From Patescibacteria group bacterium (GTDB taxonomy: Bacteria > Patescibacteriota > Patescibacteriia > Patescibacteriales > UBA12465), in assembly GCA_023229115.1 (NCBI GenBank), contig JALNZW010000003.1, positions 1,664-65,663 on the forward strand: DNA of 64,000 bases, read 5' to 3'. Every line of letters starts with the position of its first letter. Position 1 is the stretch's first letter. The notes under the pieces are model-generated. The model made no database searches. It was given only the letters and a program-made list of their open reading frames with translations, and was not told where the DNA came from. Made by a program: the position numbers and the translations under genes. This document shows, piece after piece, positions 38,027-48,277 of this stretch.

Positions 38027-38686
38027 TTATTTTTTCTTAAAAATTTCACCCTTGTATATCCAAACCTTGATACCAATAGCTCCATATGTAGTGCGAGCAG
38101 CTCCTCTAGCATAATCGATATTAGCCCTCAAAGTACTAAGCGGTAATTTTCCGAAAATTAATTTTTCAGATCTGGCAATTTCAGCACCATTAAGACGACC
38201 GGCGACAACCACCTTAACACCCAAAGCACCAGCCCTCTCTATTCTAGAAATAGCTTGTTTCATAACTTTTCTGAAAGGAACTCTTTTCTCTATTTCCAAA
38301 GATATTGCTTGAACATTGATTTGAGCACTTAAATTAGGATTATCAACTTCTTTGATATTTATACTTAAATCATCTAATCTAATTTTCATTGGATTGCTTA
38401 AAAATTTTCGGTGTAATTTCCTTTTTAATTCCTCAACTCCGTTACCACCTCTACCAATAATAATACCAGGTTTACCTGTATAAACATCCATTGTAATTCT
38501 ACCAGAATCTCTACTGATCTCTACTTTATCAATACCAGCCTCTCTAAATTCTTTTAAAATGTATTTTCTAATCAAAACATCTTGCTTAACATTTGTAATA
38601 TAATTGTTACCAGCGCTAAACCAAGTTGAAGGCCAAGTCTTGGTAATTCCCATTCTTAGTATTTTTGGATTTACTTTTTTACCCAT
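38027..38686 (-). CDS. rpsC: 30S ribosomal protein S3
   Basis: 219 aa with a KH domain plus the S3 C-terminal domain. Confidence 0.9.
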   Translation of the reverse strand: MGKKVNPKILRMGITKTWPSTWFSAGNNYITNVKQDVLIRKYILKEFREAGIDKVEISRDSGRITMDVYTGKPGIIIGRGGNGVEELKRKLHRKFLSNPMKIRLDDLSINIKEVDNPNLSAQINVQAISLEIEKRVPFRKVMKQAISRIERAGALGVKVVVAGRLNGAEIARSEKLIFGKLPLSTLRANIDYARGAARTTYGAIGIKVWIYKGEIFKKK

Positions 38687-38717
38687 ATTTTTTATTAAAT
38701 AAAATTTTTAATCAATA

Positions 38718-39242
38718 TTAACCAACTTTTCTTCTAAAAACTTTGTTAGCAAAACTTTTATTAGAAGATTTAACATCACCTTTCACATTTTTATCTATAT
38801 CTTTATCTATCTTATCATCTTTTTTTGTTTTTTTAGCCTCCTTAGCAACTTCATCTAATTTGACTGGTGCTTCCACTTTTACTTTTTTAGCTTCTTTTTT
38901 ACCACTATCAACTATTTCAGATAAAGTAATTGCTATGTGACTCATTTTTTTTCTTAAAATAGTAGCTCGACCATGAGCTCTTGGTAACCATCTCTTAAGA
39001 ACACGTCCCTCATCAACCTTAATTTCTTTAATAACTAAATTATTTCTATCTAAATCATAATTATTAATAGCATTAGCAACAGCTGATTCTAATAATTTTA
39101 GCATTGGTTTAGCTGATTTTTTATTTAAAAATTTCAATTGATTAGCAGCTTTATTAACATCCAAACCACGGACTAAACCGGAAACCAATCTGGCTTTTCT
39201 TGGAGCTACTCTTAAATGTTTTAAACTGGCTCTAACTTCCAT
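38718..39242 (-). CDS. rplV: 50S ribosomal protein L22 with Lys-rich C-terminal extension
   Basis: Core LRVAPRKARLVSGLVRG..., plus a roughly 60-aa K/E/D-rich tail. Confidence 0.9.
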   Translation of the reverse strand: MEVRASLKHLRVAPRKARLVSGLVRGLDVNKAANQLKFLNKKSAKPMLKLLESAVANAINNYDLDRNNLVIKEIKVDEGRVLKRWLPRAHGRATILRKKMSHIAITLSEIVDSGKKEAKKVKVEAPVKLDEVAKEAKKTKKDDKIDKDIDKNVKGDVKSSNKSFANKVFRRKVG

Positions 39243-39270
39243 ATTTTTAATATATTATGATATTAGTTAA

Positions 39271-39558
39271 TTATTTTTTTACCTGAGATTGGGCTTTTGC
39301 CATTTTTCCTCCATGTCCAACAAATTTTTTAGTAATCGAAAACTCTCCCAACTTATGACCAACCATATTTTCTACAATATAAACAGGAACATGTTGTTTT
39401 CCGTTGTGGACTCCAATAGTTTTACCAACCATTTCTGGGGTTATCGAACAAGCTCTGTCCCAAACCTTAATAACAGTTTTATCTTCTGGAGACATAGCTT
39501 TTATTTTTGCCAATATTCTTTGGTTAACGTATGGTCCTTTTTTTAAACTTCTTGCCAT
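39271..39558 (-). CDS. rpsS: 30S ribosomal protein S19
   Basis: 95 aa with [10 protein letters not shown]...GHKLGEF. Confidence 0.9.
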   Translation of the reverse strand: MARSLKKGPYVNQRILAKIKAMSPEDKTVIKVWDRACSITPEMVGKTIGVHNGKQHVPVYIVENMVGHKLGEFSITKKFVGHGGKMAKAQSQVKK

Positions 39559-39578
39559 AATATTATAGTTAAATTATT

Positions 39579-40424
39579 TTATTTCTTCTTTTTAGAAGGT
39601 CTTCTTTTAACAATCAATTTGTTAGATCTTCTTTTCTTTCTAGTTTTTACACCCAATGCTGGTTTACCCCATTTTGTTTTTGGTCCTTTAAGACCAATGG
39701 ATTGTTTTCCTTCTCCACCACCATGAGGATGATCATTAGGATTCATAGCTGTACCTCTAACTGTTGGTCTTATTCCTAAAAGTCTTTTTCTACCAGCTGA
39801 ACCAATTTTAATATGCATCTTGTCTGGGTTACTAACTTGCCCAACAGTACAAAGAGCCTCCTTTTTAATCAAACGAATTTCTCCTGATGGCATTTTAACT
39901 TGAGCATACTTACCTTCAATGCCCATGACAGCGACTGCGTTTCCAGCTCCTCTGGCAATTTTAGCACCCATCCCTGGTTCTATTTCAATATTATGAACAG
40001 AAATACCAGCTGGTATAAATTTAAGAGGCATAGCATTACCTGCTTTTATTTCAACTAACTCTTTAGAGCTAATAATTTTATCACCAACCTTCAGACCAAC
40101 TGGAGCTACAATATATTTTTTATCACCATCAAGATAAGAAACTAGAGCAATACGAGAACCTCTGTTTGGATCATATTCAATAGTTTTTACGACTGCTGGG
40201 ATATTAAATTTATCTCTTTTAAAATCAATCAATCTAATATATCTTTTTACACCACCACCACGGTGTCTAACTGTAATTTTTCCCTGATTATTTCTTCCAC
40301 CTTTCTTCTTCTTTATTTTTAAAAGTCTCTTTTCAGGAGATGCTTCACGAGAAATATCTGAAAAATCATCGTAGGTAGCATGACGTCTCTTTGGTGTATT
40401 TGGTTTTGTTTTTTTTATAGCCAT
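39579..40424 (-). CDS. rplB: 50S ribosomal protein L2
   Basis: 281 aa with the GRNNQGKITVRHRGGG motif. Confidence 0.95.
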   Translation of the reverse strand: MAIKKTKPNTPKRRHATYDDFSDISREASPEKRLLKIKKKKGGRNNQGKITVRHRGGGVKRYIRLIDFKRDKFNIPAVVKTIEYDPNRGSRIALVSYLDGDKKYIVAPVGLKVGDKIISSKELVEIKAGNAMPLKFIPAGISVHNIEIEPGMGAKIARGAGNAVAVMGIEGKYAQVKMPSGEIRLIKKEALCTVGQVSNPDKMHIKIGSAGRKRLLGIRPTVRGTAMNPNDHPHGGGEGKQSIGLKGPKTKWGKPALGVKTRKKRRSNKLIVKRRPSKKKK

Positions 40425-40446
40425 ATCCTTAATAAATTATATTATT

Positions 40447-40902
40447 TTAAACTCCTTCGTAAATTGATATAGAATCACCTTTTTTAAGACTAACTAAAGC
40501 TTTTTTAAAATCTTTCCTCTTTCCAGTGATTTTACCTCTACTAACAACCTTTCCTTTGACCTTAATAATATTAACCTTTTCCGGTTTTACACCATAAACC
40601 TCAAAAATAGCCTTGGCTACATCTATTTTATTAGCTGAATCAGAAACGACAAAAGCATACTGATTTAGAGAGCCAAGATTAGCAGCCTTTTCTGTTACCA
40701 AAGGTTTAACCAAGATTCTATAAGCCACTGAATTTTTAACTCCTTTTTTAGAAGTCTTGTCAGTACCTTCACTATAAAGATCCTTCATTGACTTTTCTTC
40801 TTTAGCCACCTCTTTTTTAGCTTTTTTTTCTTTATTTAAATCAATAGTCTCTTTCTCTTGACCTTCAGAATCATTTGTTTTTTTAGCAGTAAATATTCCC
40901 AT
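40447..40902 (-). CDS. rplW: 50S ribosomal protein L23 with roughly 55-aa N-terminal extension
   Basis: L23 core (YRILVKPLVTEKA ... ) preceded by a K/E-rich extension. Confidence 0.85.
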   Translation of the reverse strand: MGIFTAKKTNDSEGQEKETIDLNKEKKAKKEVAKEEKSMKDLYSEGTDKTSKKGVKNSVAYRILVKPLVTEKAANLGSLNQYAFVVSDSANKIDVAKAIFEVYGVKPEKVNIIKVKGKVVSRGKITGKRKDFKKALVSLKKGDSISIYEGV

Positions 40903-40921
40903 ATTTTTAAAAAAAATTTAA

Positions 40922-41584
40922 TTATTCTTTTGAGTATCTTTCGTTAATTTTTTTAATAGCAGATTCTGAAATTAACAAATTTCTATTTTTTAATAAATCA
41001 ACAATATTAATATTTTCCAAATTAATCATTTCAACCCCGGATAAATTACGTCCAGAATTAAGAACTTTAACATCTTTACTATCATTTATAAACAAAACAC
41101 TTCTTCTTCCTTTTGGATCGAATCCATTAAAGTTTTTTTCTATTTTCTTTAAAGAATCATTAAAAAGTTTAGTTTTAAATTCAGCCATTTCAACCTTGTC
41201 AACAACTAATAAATTATTATTTTTAACTCTATCAGAAAAAACCATCATTAAAGCTTTTTGCTTCATTTTTTTATTAATCTTTTTAGAAAAATTACGATCT
41301 TTTCTGGGACCAAAAGTGACTCCACCACCAACCCAGATAGGAGATCTGCTAGAACCAGCTCTAGCTCTACCTGTTCCTTTTTGTTTCCATGGTTTTTTAC
41401 CTCCACCACGAACCTCAGATTTTGTCTTAGTGTGTGCTAAGACTTGTCTTTCGTTAGCTGTTTGAGCAACCATTGCCTGGTGAACCAAGTCATTATTAAC
41501 CTCCAAAGCAAAAACCTTATCAGAAAGCTTTAGTTCTCCTGTTTGTTCACCATTTTGATTGTATATATTTACTTTAACAGACAT
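40922..41584 (-). CDS. rplD: 50S ribosomal protein L4
   Basis: 220 aa containing KPWKQKGTGRARAGS. Confidence 0.9.
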   Translation of the reverse strand: MSVKVNIYNQNGEQTGELKLSDKVFALEVNNDLVHQAMVAQTANERQVLAHTKTKSEVRGGGKKPWKQKGTGRARAGSSRSPIWVGGGVTFGPRKDRNFSKKINKKMKQKALMMVFSDRVKNNNLLVVDKVEMAEFKTKLFNDSLKKIEKNFNGFDPKGRRSVLFINDSKDVKVLNSGRNLSGVEMINLENINIVDLLKNRNLLISESAIKKINERYSKE

Positions 41585-41622
41585 AAGATTTATATCAAAT
41601 TTATTTTATTAAATGTTTAGAC

Positions 41623-42468
41623 TTACTTCTCGCTTGAGTCTTCTTTTTTTTCTTCAACTTTCTCTTCAGCCTTTTCCTCAACTTTCTCCTCGACTTTTTC
41701 TTCTTTTTTTTCTTCAACTTTTTCGGCAATCTTTTCTTCAGTCTTTTCTTCAGTCTTGTTTTCTACTTCTTCTGTTTTATTTTCAACAAGCTCTTCTTTT
41801 TTTTCTTTTACTTTTTCTGTTTTAACGCTGTCTTTAACAAGCAATTCACCTTCTCCCTTGATAATCACTAAAGAATTTGTAGCTCCAGGAACAGCTCCTT
41901 TTACAAAGATTACATTATTTTCTAAATCAATATCAACAATTTCCATATTTTTAGTAGTAATTCTGTCACCACCCATTCTTCCACCCATTTTAGTTCCTTT
42001 AAAAACATGGGCTGGACCTTTTGGGCCAACAGAACCAGAGGCTCTTAATTGATCTTTATTACCATGAGTCTTCTTAGAACCAGAAAAACCATGTCTTCTA
42101 ACAACACCCTGGAATCCTTTTCCCTTTGAAGTTCCTGTAACATCAACAATATCGCCGCCAGTAAAAGTAGAGACATCAATCATTTTACCAATTTCTATAT
42201 TTGAATTATCTTCTTTTAATCTAAATTCTCTTAAATATCTAACATCCTCACGACCCAAAGCTTTCTTCACATGACCTTTAACTGATTTGGAAATATTTTT
42301 AGACCTTCTTTCTCCATAAGAAATCTGAACAGCTTTATAAGAATCGCTCTTATCATTTTTAATTTGAGTAACAAAACAAGGACCAGCCTGAACAAGAGTA
42401 CAAGGAATAACTTTATCCCCTTGCCAAATCTGAGTCATTTTCATTTTTTTCCCTAGTATAAATTTCAT
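41623..42468 (-). CDS. rplC: 50S ribosomal protein L3 with roughly 70-aa Lys/Glu-repeat C-terminal tail
   Basis: L3 core up to about residue 210, then EKVKEKKEELVENKTEEVENKTEEKTEEK... low-complexity repeats. Confidence 0.9.
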   Translation of the reverse strand: MKFILGKKMKMTQIWQGDKVIPCTLVQAGPCFVTQIKNDKSDSYKAVQISYGERRSKNISKSVKGHVKKALGREDVRYLREFRLKEDNSNIEIGKMIDVSTFTGGDIVDVTGTSKGKGFQGVVRRHGFSGSKKTHGNKDQLRASGSVGPKGPAHVFKGTKMGGRMGGDRITTKNMEIVDIDLENNVIFVKGAVPGATNSLVIIKGEGELLVKDSVKTEKVKEKKEELVENKTEEVENKTEEKTEEKIAEKVEEKKEEKVEEKVEEKAEEKVEEKKEDSSEK

Positions 42469-42713
42469 ATATATTAAAAAATTATCTAATAAAATAAAAA
42501 CTGGTTCTCAACAAAAACCAGTAGCGAAAACTTTATAATTCAAAGTATAAGCTTAAATTTGTTTTTGTTGAAAAAAATACCTCCTCTAAAAATGATTGAT
42601 AAATCTTTAGGGGACTTTCCTCTTATTTTTAAAAGAAGAGTTTCCGAAAAAATAAACAATCAATTAATTTCAATTTAATTTATTTTAAAAAAATACAAAA
42701 TAAACAAAACAAT

Positions 42714-42727
42714 AGCCACTAACGTGG
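42714..42727 (-). terminator. hairpin agccac-taac-gtgg followed by a T-run on minus, between rpsJ and rplC
   Basis: Same hairpin as 6759-6774. On the minus strand it reads ccacgttagtggct followed by attgttttgtttatttt. Confidence 0.35.
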
Positions 42728-42740
42728 TATCAGTAACATT

Positions 42741-43094
42741 CTAATCCATTTTTATTTCTAAGTCAACCCCTGAAGGAAGAGATAAACTTGTCAAATCTTC
42801 AATGGTTTTAGCTGATGGTTCAATAATGTCAATTAGTCTTTTGTGTGTTCTCATTTCATACTGATCTCTAGCATTTTTATGCACAAAAGTTGAGCGATTA
42901 ACTGTATATTTCCTTTTTTCAGTAGGAAGTGGAACTGGACCTGAAACCTGGGCATCAGTTCTCAATGCTGTCTCAATAATGGTTTTAGACGCCTGATCAA
43001 TTATTTTGTGATCAAAAGCCTTAATCTTGATACGGATTTTGCTTTTTGATTCACCGCTCTCTTTCTTGACGTTCTTTTTTTTACTTTCAGCCAT
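42741..43094 (-). CDS. rpsJ: 30S ribosomal protein S10
   Basis: 117 aa with [15 protein letters not shown]...VSGPVPLPT. Confidence 0.9.
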   Translation of the reverse strand: MAESKKKNVKKESGESKSKIRIKIKAFDHKIIDQASKTIIETALRTDAQVSGPVPLPTEKRKYTVNRSTFVHKNARDQYEMRTHKRLIDIIEPSAKTIEDLTSLSLPSGVDLEIKMD

Positions 43095-43110
43095 ATGGAT
43101 TTACGATTAA

Positions 43111-43151
43111 ATGTGCAACAATTTAAAAGATCTTTTCACTATACTGCACAT
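43111..43151 (-). promoter_or_regulatory. S10-operon leader inverted repeat (atgtgca ... tgcacat)
   Basis: 7-bp arms with a roughly 27-nt loop in the 5' UTR of rpsJ. It could be a leader structure for autoregulation. Confidence 0.3.
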
Positions 43152-43204
43152 CTTAATTTTATATTTTATTTTAAATTATAAATTATTTTAAATAAACATT
43201 ATAA

Positions 43205-43225
43205 GCTCGCCTAGTAAAGGCGAGC
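43205..43225 (-). terminator. hairpin after tuf (gctcgcc/ggcgagc)
   Basis: 7-bp GC-rich stem 9 nt after the tuf stop, followed on minus by T-rich sequence. Confidence 0.45.
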
Positions 43226-43233
43226 CTAAATAT

Positions 43234-44436
43234 TTACTTGATAATTTTAGCTACAACACCAGCTCCAACTGTTCTACCACCTTCACGAATAGCAAATCTT
43301 TGCTTTTCTTCAAGAGCGATAGGAGCAATTAATTTAACCTTTAAATTAACTGTATCGCCAGGCATAACCATTTCAACTCCTGCTGGTAATTCAATTTCAC
43401 CAGTTACATCAGTTGTTCTGATGTAGAATTGAGGTTTATAACCTTTGAAAAATGGTTTGTGTCTTCCACCTTCATCTTTACCTAAAATATAAACTTCAGC
43501 TTCAAATTCTGTATGAGGTGTAACTGTTCCTGGTTTTACCAAAACTTGACCTCTCTCTACTTCATCTTTTTTTGTACCTCTTAAAAGTAAACCAGCATTA
43601 TCACCAGCTTCACCTCTATCTAAAGATTTGTTAAACATTTCTACTCCAGTAATAGTTGTTTTCTTGGTATCCATTAAACCAACGATCTCAACTTCATCAC
43701 CAACATTGACAACACCTCTTTCAATTCTGCCTGTACAAACAGTACCTCTTCCTTCAATTGAGAAGATATCTTCAATCGGCATCAAAAATGATTTATCCAA
43801 ATCTCTCTCCGGAGTTGGAATATGATCATCTAAGGCTTTAAGTAAATCAGCAATTGGTTGTGCGTCTGGTCCTGTTGGATTTTCTAAAGCCTTCAAAGCA
43901 CTACCTCTAATGATCGGAGTTGCATCTCCAGGGAATTCATATTTCTTTAATAAATCCTTGATTTCCTCTTCGACTAAATCAATTAATTCTTTATCCTCCA
44001 CCAAGTCACATTTGTTCAAAAATACAACAATGTAAGGAACACCAACCTGACGAGCTAACAAGATATGCTCTCTAGTTTGAGGCATAGGTCCATCAGTGGC
44101 TGAAACCACTAAAATAGCACCGTCCATTTGAGCGGCACCAGTGATCATATTTTTAACGTAATCAGCGTGACCAGGACAATCAACGTGAGCATAATGTCTA
44201 GTTGCTGTTTCATACTCTTGGTGAGAAGTAGCAATTGTGATACCTCTTTGTTTCTCCTCAGGAGCATTGTCAATTTCATCAACTCCTCTTTGAGTTGCTT
44301 TCATACCTTGAGCATTAGCTACATTTAATATAGCTGCTGTCAAAGTTGTCTTCCCATGATCAACGTGACCAATTGTTCCAACGTTGACATGAGACTTACT
44401 GCGTTCAAATTTGTCTGCCATTTTTTTTGAAAACAC
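43234..44436 (-). CDS. tuf: elongation factor Tu
   Basis: 400 aa with [18 protein letters not shown] and NKCD motifs. Confidence 0.95.
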   Translation of the reverse strand: MFSKKMADKFERSKSHVNVGTIGHVDHGKTTLTAAILNVANAQGMKATQRGVDEIDNAPEEKQRGITIATSHQEYETATRHYAHVDCPGHADYVKNMITGAAQMDGAILVVSATDGPMPQTREHILLARQVGVPYIVVFLNKCDLVEDKELIDLVEEEIKDLLKKYEFPGDATPIIRGSALKALENPTGPDAQPIADLLKALDDHIPTPERDLDKSFLMPIEDIFSIEGRGTVCTGRIERGVVNVGDEVEIVGLMDTKKTTITGVEMFNKSLDRGEAGDNAGLLLRGTKKDEVERGQVLVKPGTVTPHTEFEAEVYILGKDEGGRHKPFFKGYKPQFYIRTTDVTGEIELPAGVEMVMPGDTVNLKVKLIAPIALEEKQRFAIREGGRTVGAGVVAKIIK

Positions 44437-44562
44437 GACCTCCTTTCGGAGTTACTTGCCTCAAAGGCAACCAGCCGTTTACATTAATTATTAATAAATT
44501 TATTTTATAAACAAGCAAAAATAGCTAAAAAAATTAACTATTTTTAATTTGTTTTATTCAAT

Positions 44563-44832
44563 TTAATTTTCAGCCTCTTCTCTAATTTGCGGTGGAATCT
44601 TCCAATTACTCGAACCTTTTCCGTTTTCATTAACACCATTTTCATCTCCCTTGATATTATCAATATTTTTTTTCTCTGTCAAGCCTTTTTCCTGACTAAT
44701 ATTAATTAAGCCTTCATATTGATCCAGGCTCATCAAAACAAAAGAATCCTCTGGCTCACTATTATCAAAAACAATAATACGATCCCCTGTTTTTTTTGAT
44801 AAACTTATAACTTGTTTTAATTGTTTAGACAT
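44563..44832 (-). CDS. hypothetical acidic protein (89 aa)
   Basis: ORF between the pilin-like genes and tuf, with no recognised motif. Confidence 0.4.
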   Translation of the reverse strand: MSKQLKQVISLSKKTGDRIIVFDNSEPEDSFVLMSLDQYEGLINISQEKGLTEKKNIDNIKGDENGVNENGKGSSNWKIPPQIREEAEN

Positions 44833-44893
44833 AAAATAACATTTTAATTATAACTAAGTATTATAATTAAAAATTAAATTATGTCAATAAAGA

Positions 44894-45904
44894 TTAGTTT
44901 GGATAATAACAAGTATTGCCCATTTCATATAAAAAACTTATTTCATCTAGAGACAATTCCCGGTTAAAAAACATAATCTCATCAATTGGTCCCAAAAAAT
45001 AATAACCATCAAACCTTCTTCCAATAAAATCAATTAATATATTACTTGAATTATTTCCAGAATAAGAGGTCCCAATCTTAACTCCGTTAATATAAAAATC
45101 AAAATTATAACTATCTGTTTTTACAACAACCAAATGAACAAATTCATTTACCTTAGACCAATTAACGCCAGTATAGCCTGATCCAACCTGAAAGGCTAAA
45201 AATTCTGTACCATTATAACGAATACCAGCAGTACGAGAAGAGTCACCTATGAAATATCTAGTAGTAGAAACATTATTGAGATTAATCCAAAGAGATAGGC
45301 TTGTGCCAACAGAAAACTCTATTGGAGAATTCAAGGTTATGTAATTGCTAGAACCATCAAAATTAAAAGCTTGCCCAAACCTACCATCAACATAAGTGGC
45401 TCCAGTAAAAACACCATCATAATTTCCTAAATAATCATTAGCATTTTCTTCCGCCTGTAAATAGGCTATTAAATCAGAAGGACAGCAAGGACTATCTATT
45501 ATGTTTTCATTTACTGCACAATTATAACCAGAATCAAAATCATCCAAATTGCCCTCTAACTCAAAAGAAAGGGAATATTTTCCACTGTCTTGATAATGAT
45601 TATAAATAACATTATCAGGAATCTTATCATAAAAAACAACACCCGAAGGGCTAACTAATTGTTCACCGTAATTAAAATTTTGATTATCAGGATATTCACC
45701 TTCTACCATTTTATAAGACTCTAGAGCTAATCTTAACTCTGAAATATTACTTAAAACCTTTTTGTCCCTAGCTGATCTTCTAATAACACTAACTGAAGCG
45801 ATAGCCACGGTTGTCACTAATGAAATTATTAAAACAACCACCATGAGTTCTGTAAAAGTAAAAGCAGTTAATAAATTTTTTCTATTTTTTTTAAAAACAA
45901 ACAT
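44894..45904 (-). CDS. prepilin-type N-terminal domain protein with C-terminal LamG-like (concanavalin A-like) domain, paralog 3
   Basis: N-terminus MFVFKKNRKNLLTAFTFTELMVVVLIISLV (class III signal). C-terminal LamG_3-like block ending IDEIMFFNRELSLDEISFLYE. Confidence 0.7.
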   Translation of the reverse strand: MFVFKKNRKNLLTAFTFTELMVVVLIISLVTTVAIASVSVIRRSARDKKVLSNISELRLALESYKMVEGEYPDNQNFNYGEQLVSPSGVVFYDKIPDNVIYNHYQDSGKYSLSFELEGNLDDFDSGYNCAVNENIIDSPCCPSDLIAYLQAEENANDYLGNYDGVFTGATYVDGRFGQAFNFDGSSNYITLNSPIEFSVGTSLSLWINLNNVSTTRYFIGDSSRTAGIRYNGTEFLAFQVGSGYTGVNWSKVNEFVHLVVVKTDSYNFDFYINGVKIGTSYSGNNSSNILIDFIGRRFDGYYFLGPIDEIMFFNRELSLDEISFLYEMGNTCYYPN

Positions 45905-45930
45905 AAATATTTGTAAATTATAAATTATTA

Positions 45931-47004
45931 TTATAAAACACTATCCACCCACATAGGACAAGACGTCGGACAATCAGGTAATAAAGAAGCATTGTTTTTA
46001 TTAATAGAATAATCCAAAACAGAACACCCAGAACCATCATCCATTAACCATCGAACGAGCAGATCGTTACTTGATATTTTTCTTCCTTCATGTAAAGAAA
46101 CTATTTCCTCAAGAGTTAGAGCTCTTCTGTAAATTCGAGCATCATAAATATAGCCTTTAAAATAGTTAGAAATGCCAGCTGTGTATACACCTCTATAACC
46201 AGAAGTTATCGGTCTATTTATTGAATTAACCAAATTAATACTATAGGTTCTCTCTCCAACTTTAACACCATCCAAATAAGCAAAAAACTTTTTATTAGAA
46301 AAATCATGAACAATAGTTGCTAAATACCACTGATTTCTAGGGACATAAGAATCAAAGCTAACACAAAAAGCAAGGCTATCTCCATAAGTACAAACTCTGT
46401 TAGCATAAAGATGAAATCCGAAAAGATACTGCTGACCAACACCTATAACCGTTTGCCAATTCATTAAATCTTGGTTATCAACATATACCCAAGCACTAGC
46501 TGAGTAATCACCGGAATTAATATTAAAATCAACGTTTTGACTGGAGGATAAACAATCATCGACTCCATCAAATTTAAGATAATTACTACTTAGATCAGGT
46601 ATAATGTCTTTGTTTGTAATCCCTTCAGGTGTTGCTAAGTTTAAACCTTCACTCAATTGATCTGAATTATTTTCTAGTTCAAATTCTAGCTCATAATAAT
46701 CGTCTCCAAATAATAAATATGAAAAATCACCCGGCATTTCATTTAAAAAAACCAAATTGGAAGAGCTTCCAATTAATTGATCACTCAAATTTAATTGTTC
46801 CGGATATTCCCCTTCAACGTTTTTATAATTTTCTAAAGCAATTTGAATTTGATTAACATCATTGATTTTTTTTAAGTCCCTACCCTTACTCCTGGAATTA
46901 GAAAGAGAAATCATCACTAAAGTAGAAATTAAGGCAACAATTAAAACAGCAACTAAAATCTCAACAAAGGTAAAGGCTTTCTTGTTTTTAAAAACATTAA
47001 TCAT
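45931..47004 (-). CDS. prepilin-type N-terminal domain protein with C-terminal LamG-like domain, paralog 2
   Basis: N-terminus KKAFTFVEILVAVLIVALISTLVMISLSNSRSKGRDLKKINDVNQIQIALENYK. C-terminus ...ARIYRRALTLEEIVSLHE. Confidence 0.7.
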   Translation of the reverse strand: MINVFKNKKAFTFVEILVAVLIVALISTLVMISLSNSRSKGRDLKKINDVNQIQIALENYKNVEGEYPEQLNLSDQLIGSSSNLVFLNEMPGDFSYLLFGDDYYELEFELENNSDQLSEGLNLATPEGITNKDIIPDLSSNYLKFDGVDDCLSSSQNVDFNINSGDYSASAWVYVDNQDLMNWQTVIGVGQQYLFGFHLYANRVCTYGDSLAFCVSFDSYVPRNQWYLATIVHDFSNKKFFAYLDGVKVGERTYSINLVNSINRPITSGYRGVYTAGISNYFKGYIYDARIYRRALTLEEIVSLHEGRKISSNDLLVRWLMDDGSGCSVLDYSINKNNASLLPDCPTSCPMWVDSVL

Positions 47005-47007
47005 ATT

Positions 47008-48249
47008 TTAGTAATTTTTGTAATATTTTTTAGTATTATCATACAAACTCAAAACTTCTTCAGCTGATAAAGCCTTATTAAAATACATAGCATCGTTTAT
47101 ACGACCTTGAAAATAAGATTCGGTAGTACTACCACCCTTACCTAAAAACATGGGCTTGTCAGTTCCTATATTCATAACGGTATTTTCGATTTCAGATATC
47201 AACTGACCATTCTTATAAAATCTACGAAAAGAACCATCATCAGTTAAAACAATAAAATGCCAACCATCGGGGTATTTACTTAGAATATAATCTTCTATGG
47301 GCCACCATTGCCTATCGATAGAATCAATTGAATTTTGACTAGCAATTTTACCAGAATAGAGGGCTAGCCCCCAACGACCCAAACTCAAACCAGTACCCCA
47401 CAACAATCCTCCTGAGCCCTGTGGCTTTGTACCATCTAGCCAAAGAGCTAAAGAATATTCTGTTTGTTTTGGCATTGTTGAAATATTAAAAAAATCATCA
47501 ACTCCATCAAAATAAACAAATCCATTGATCAATTTTGGCTGAAGATCAATATTTGTTTGAATTGCATTTTTTTTATTCAAAGAAAGATCATAAATCTCTC
47601 CAACCCCATCAACACTACTGCTGTCAATTTTTAAGCCACCATCAGATGATAAAAAAAGAATTAAATTTTCATAAATATTATTGTTTTGAAAATAATGGAA
47701 TAAGTTGTAGGTTTTATTTTCATTTAAAATAAAACCTCCACTACTAGAAACAAAACCTAAATAGTCTAAGCAATAATCTCGACAACAAGCTGATTCAAGA
47801 ATGCCATCAGCATTAGCACATTTAATTCCGGGAGAAAAATTTAAAGCAGTATTTTCAACTTCAAAACCTATGTCATAACTCAAAGTTAAAGTATTATAAT
47901 AATAATCAACTTTGTCTGGCACCTCACTTAAAAAAACCAAACCAGAAGAACTTCCAACTAACGATTCTCCTGGGATTAATTGTTCTGGGTATCGTCCTTC
48001 AACATTTTTATAATTTTCTAAAGCAACTTGAATTTGATTAACATCATTAATTCTTTTTAAATCTCTGCCCTTACTCCTGGAGTTAGAAAGAGAAATCATC
48101 ACTAAAGTAGAAATTAAGGCAACAATTAAAACAGCAACTAAAATCTCAACAAAGGTAAAAGCTTTTTTATTTCTTATAAACAAAAAATTATTCATACCAA
48201 AATTATAGCAAAAAAATATATATTTTAAAAACAAAAAACGGAGCTTCAA
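47008..48249 (-). CDS. prepilin-type N-terminal domain protein with C-terminal LamG-like domain, paralog 1 (true start probably the internal Met at 48195)
   Basis: The first 55 residues after the leader are identical to paralog 2. C-terminus DAMYFNKALSAEEVLSLYD. The Met at residue 19 gives a 12-aa leader before AFTFVE. Confidence 0.7.
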   Translation of the reverse strand: MKLRFLFLKYIFFCYNFGMNNFLFIRNKKAFTFVEILVAVLIVALISTLVMISLSNSRSKGRDLKRINDVNQIQVALENYKNVEGRYPEQLIPGESLVGSSSGLVFLSEVPDKVDYYYNTLTLSYDIGFEVENTALNFSPGIKCANADGILESACCRDYCLDYLGFVSSSGGFILNENKTYNLFHYFQNNNIYENLILFLSSDGGLKIDSSSVDGVGEIYDLSLNKKNAIQTNIDLQPKLINGFVYFDGVDDFFNISTMPKQTEYSLALWLDGTKPQGSGGLLWGTGLSLGRWGLALYSGKIASQNSIDSIDRQWWPIEDYILSKYPDGWHFIVLTDDGSFRRFYKNGQLISEIENTVMNIGTDKPMFLGKGGSTTESYFQGRINDAMYFNKALSAEEVLSLYDNTKKYYKNY

Positions 48250-48277
48250 ACAGCTCCGTTTTTTTATCTATAAAAAA

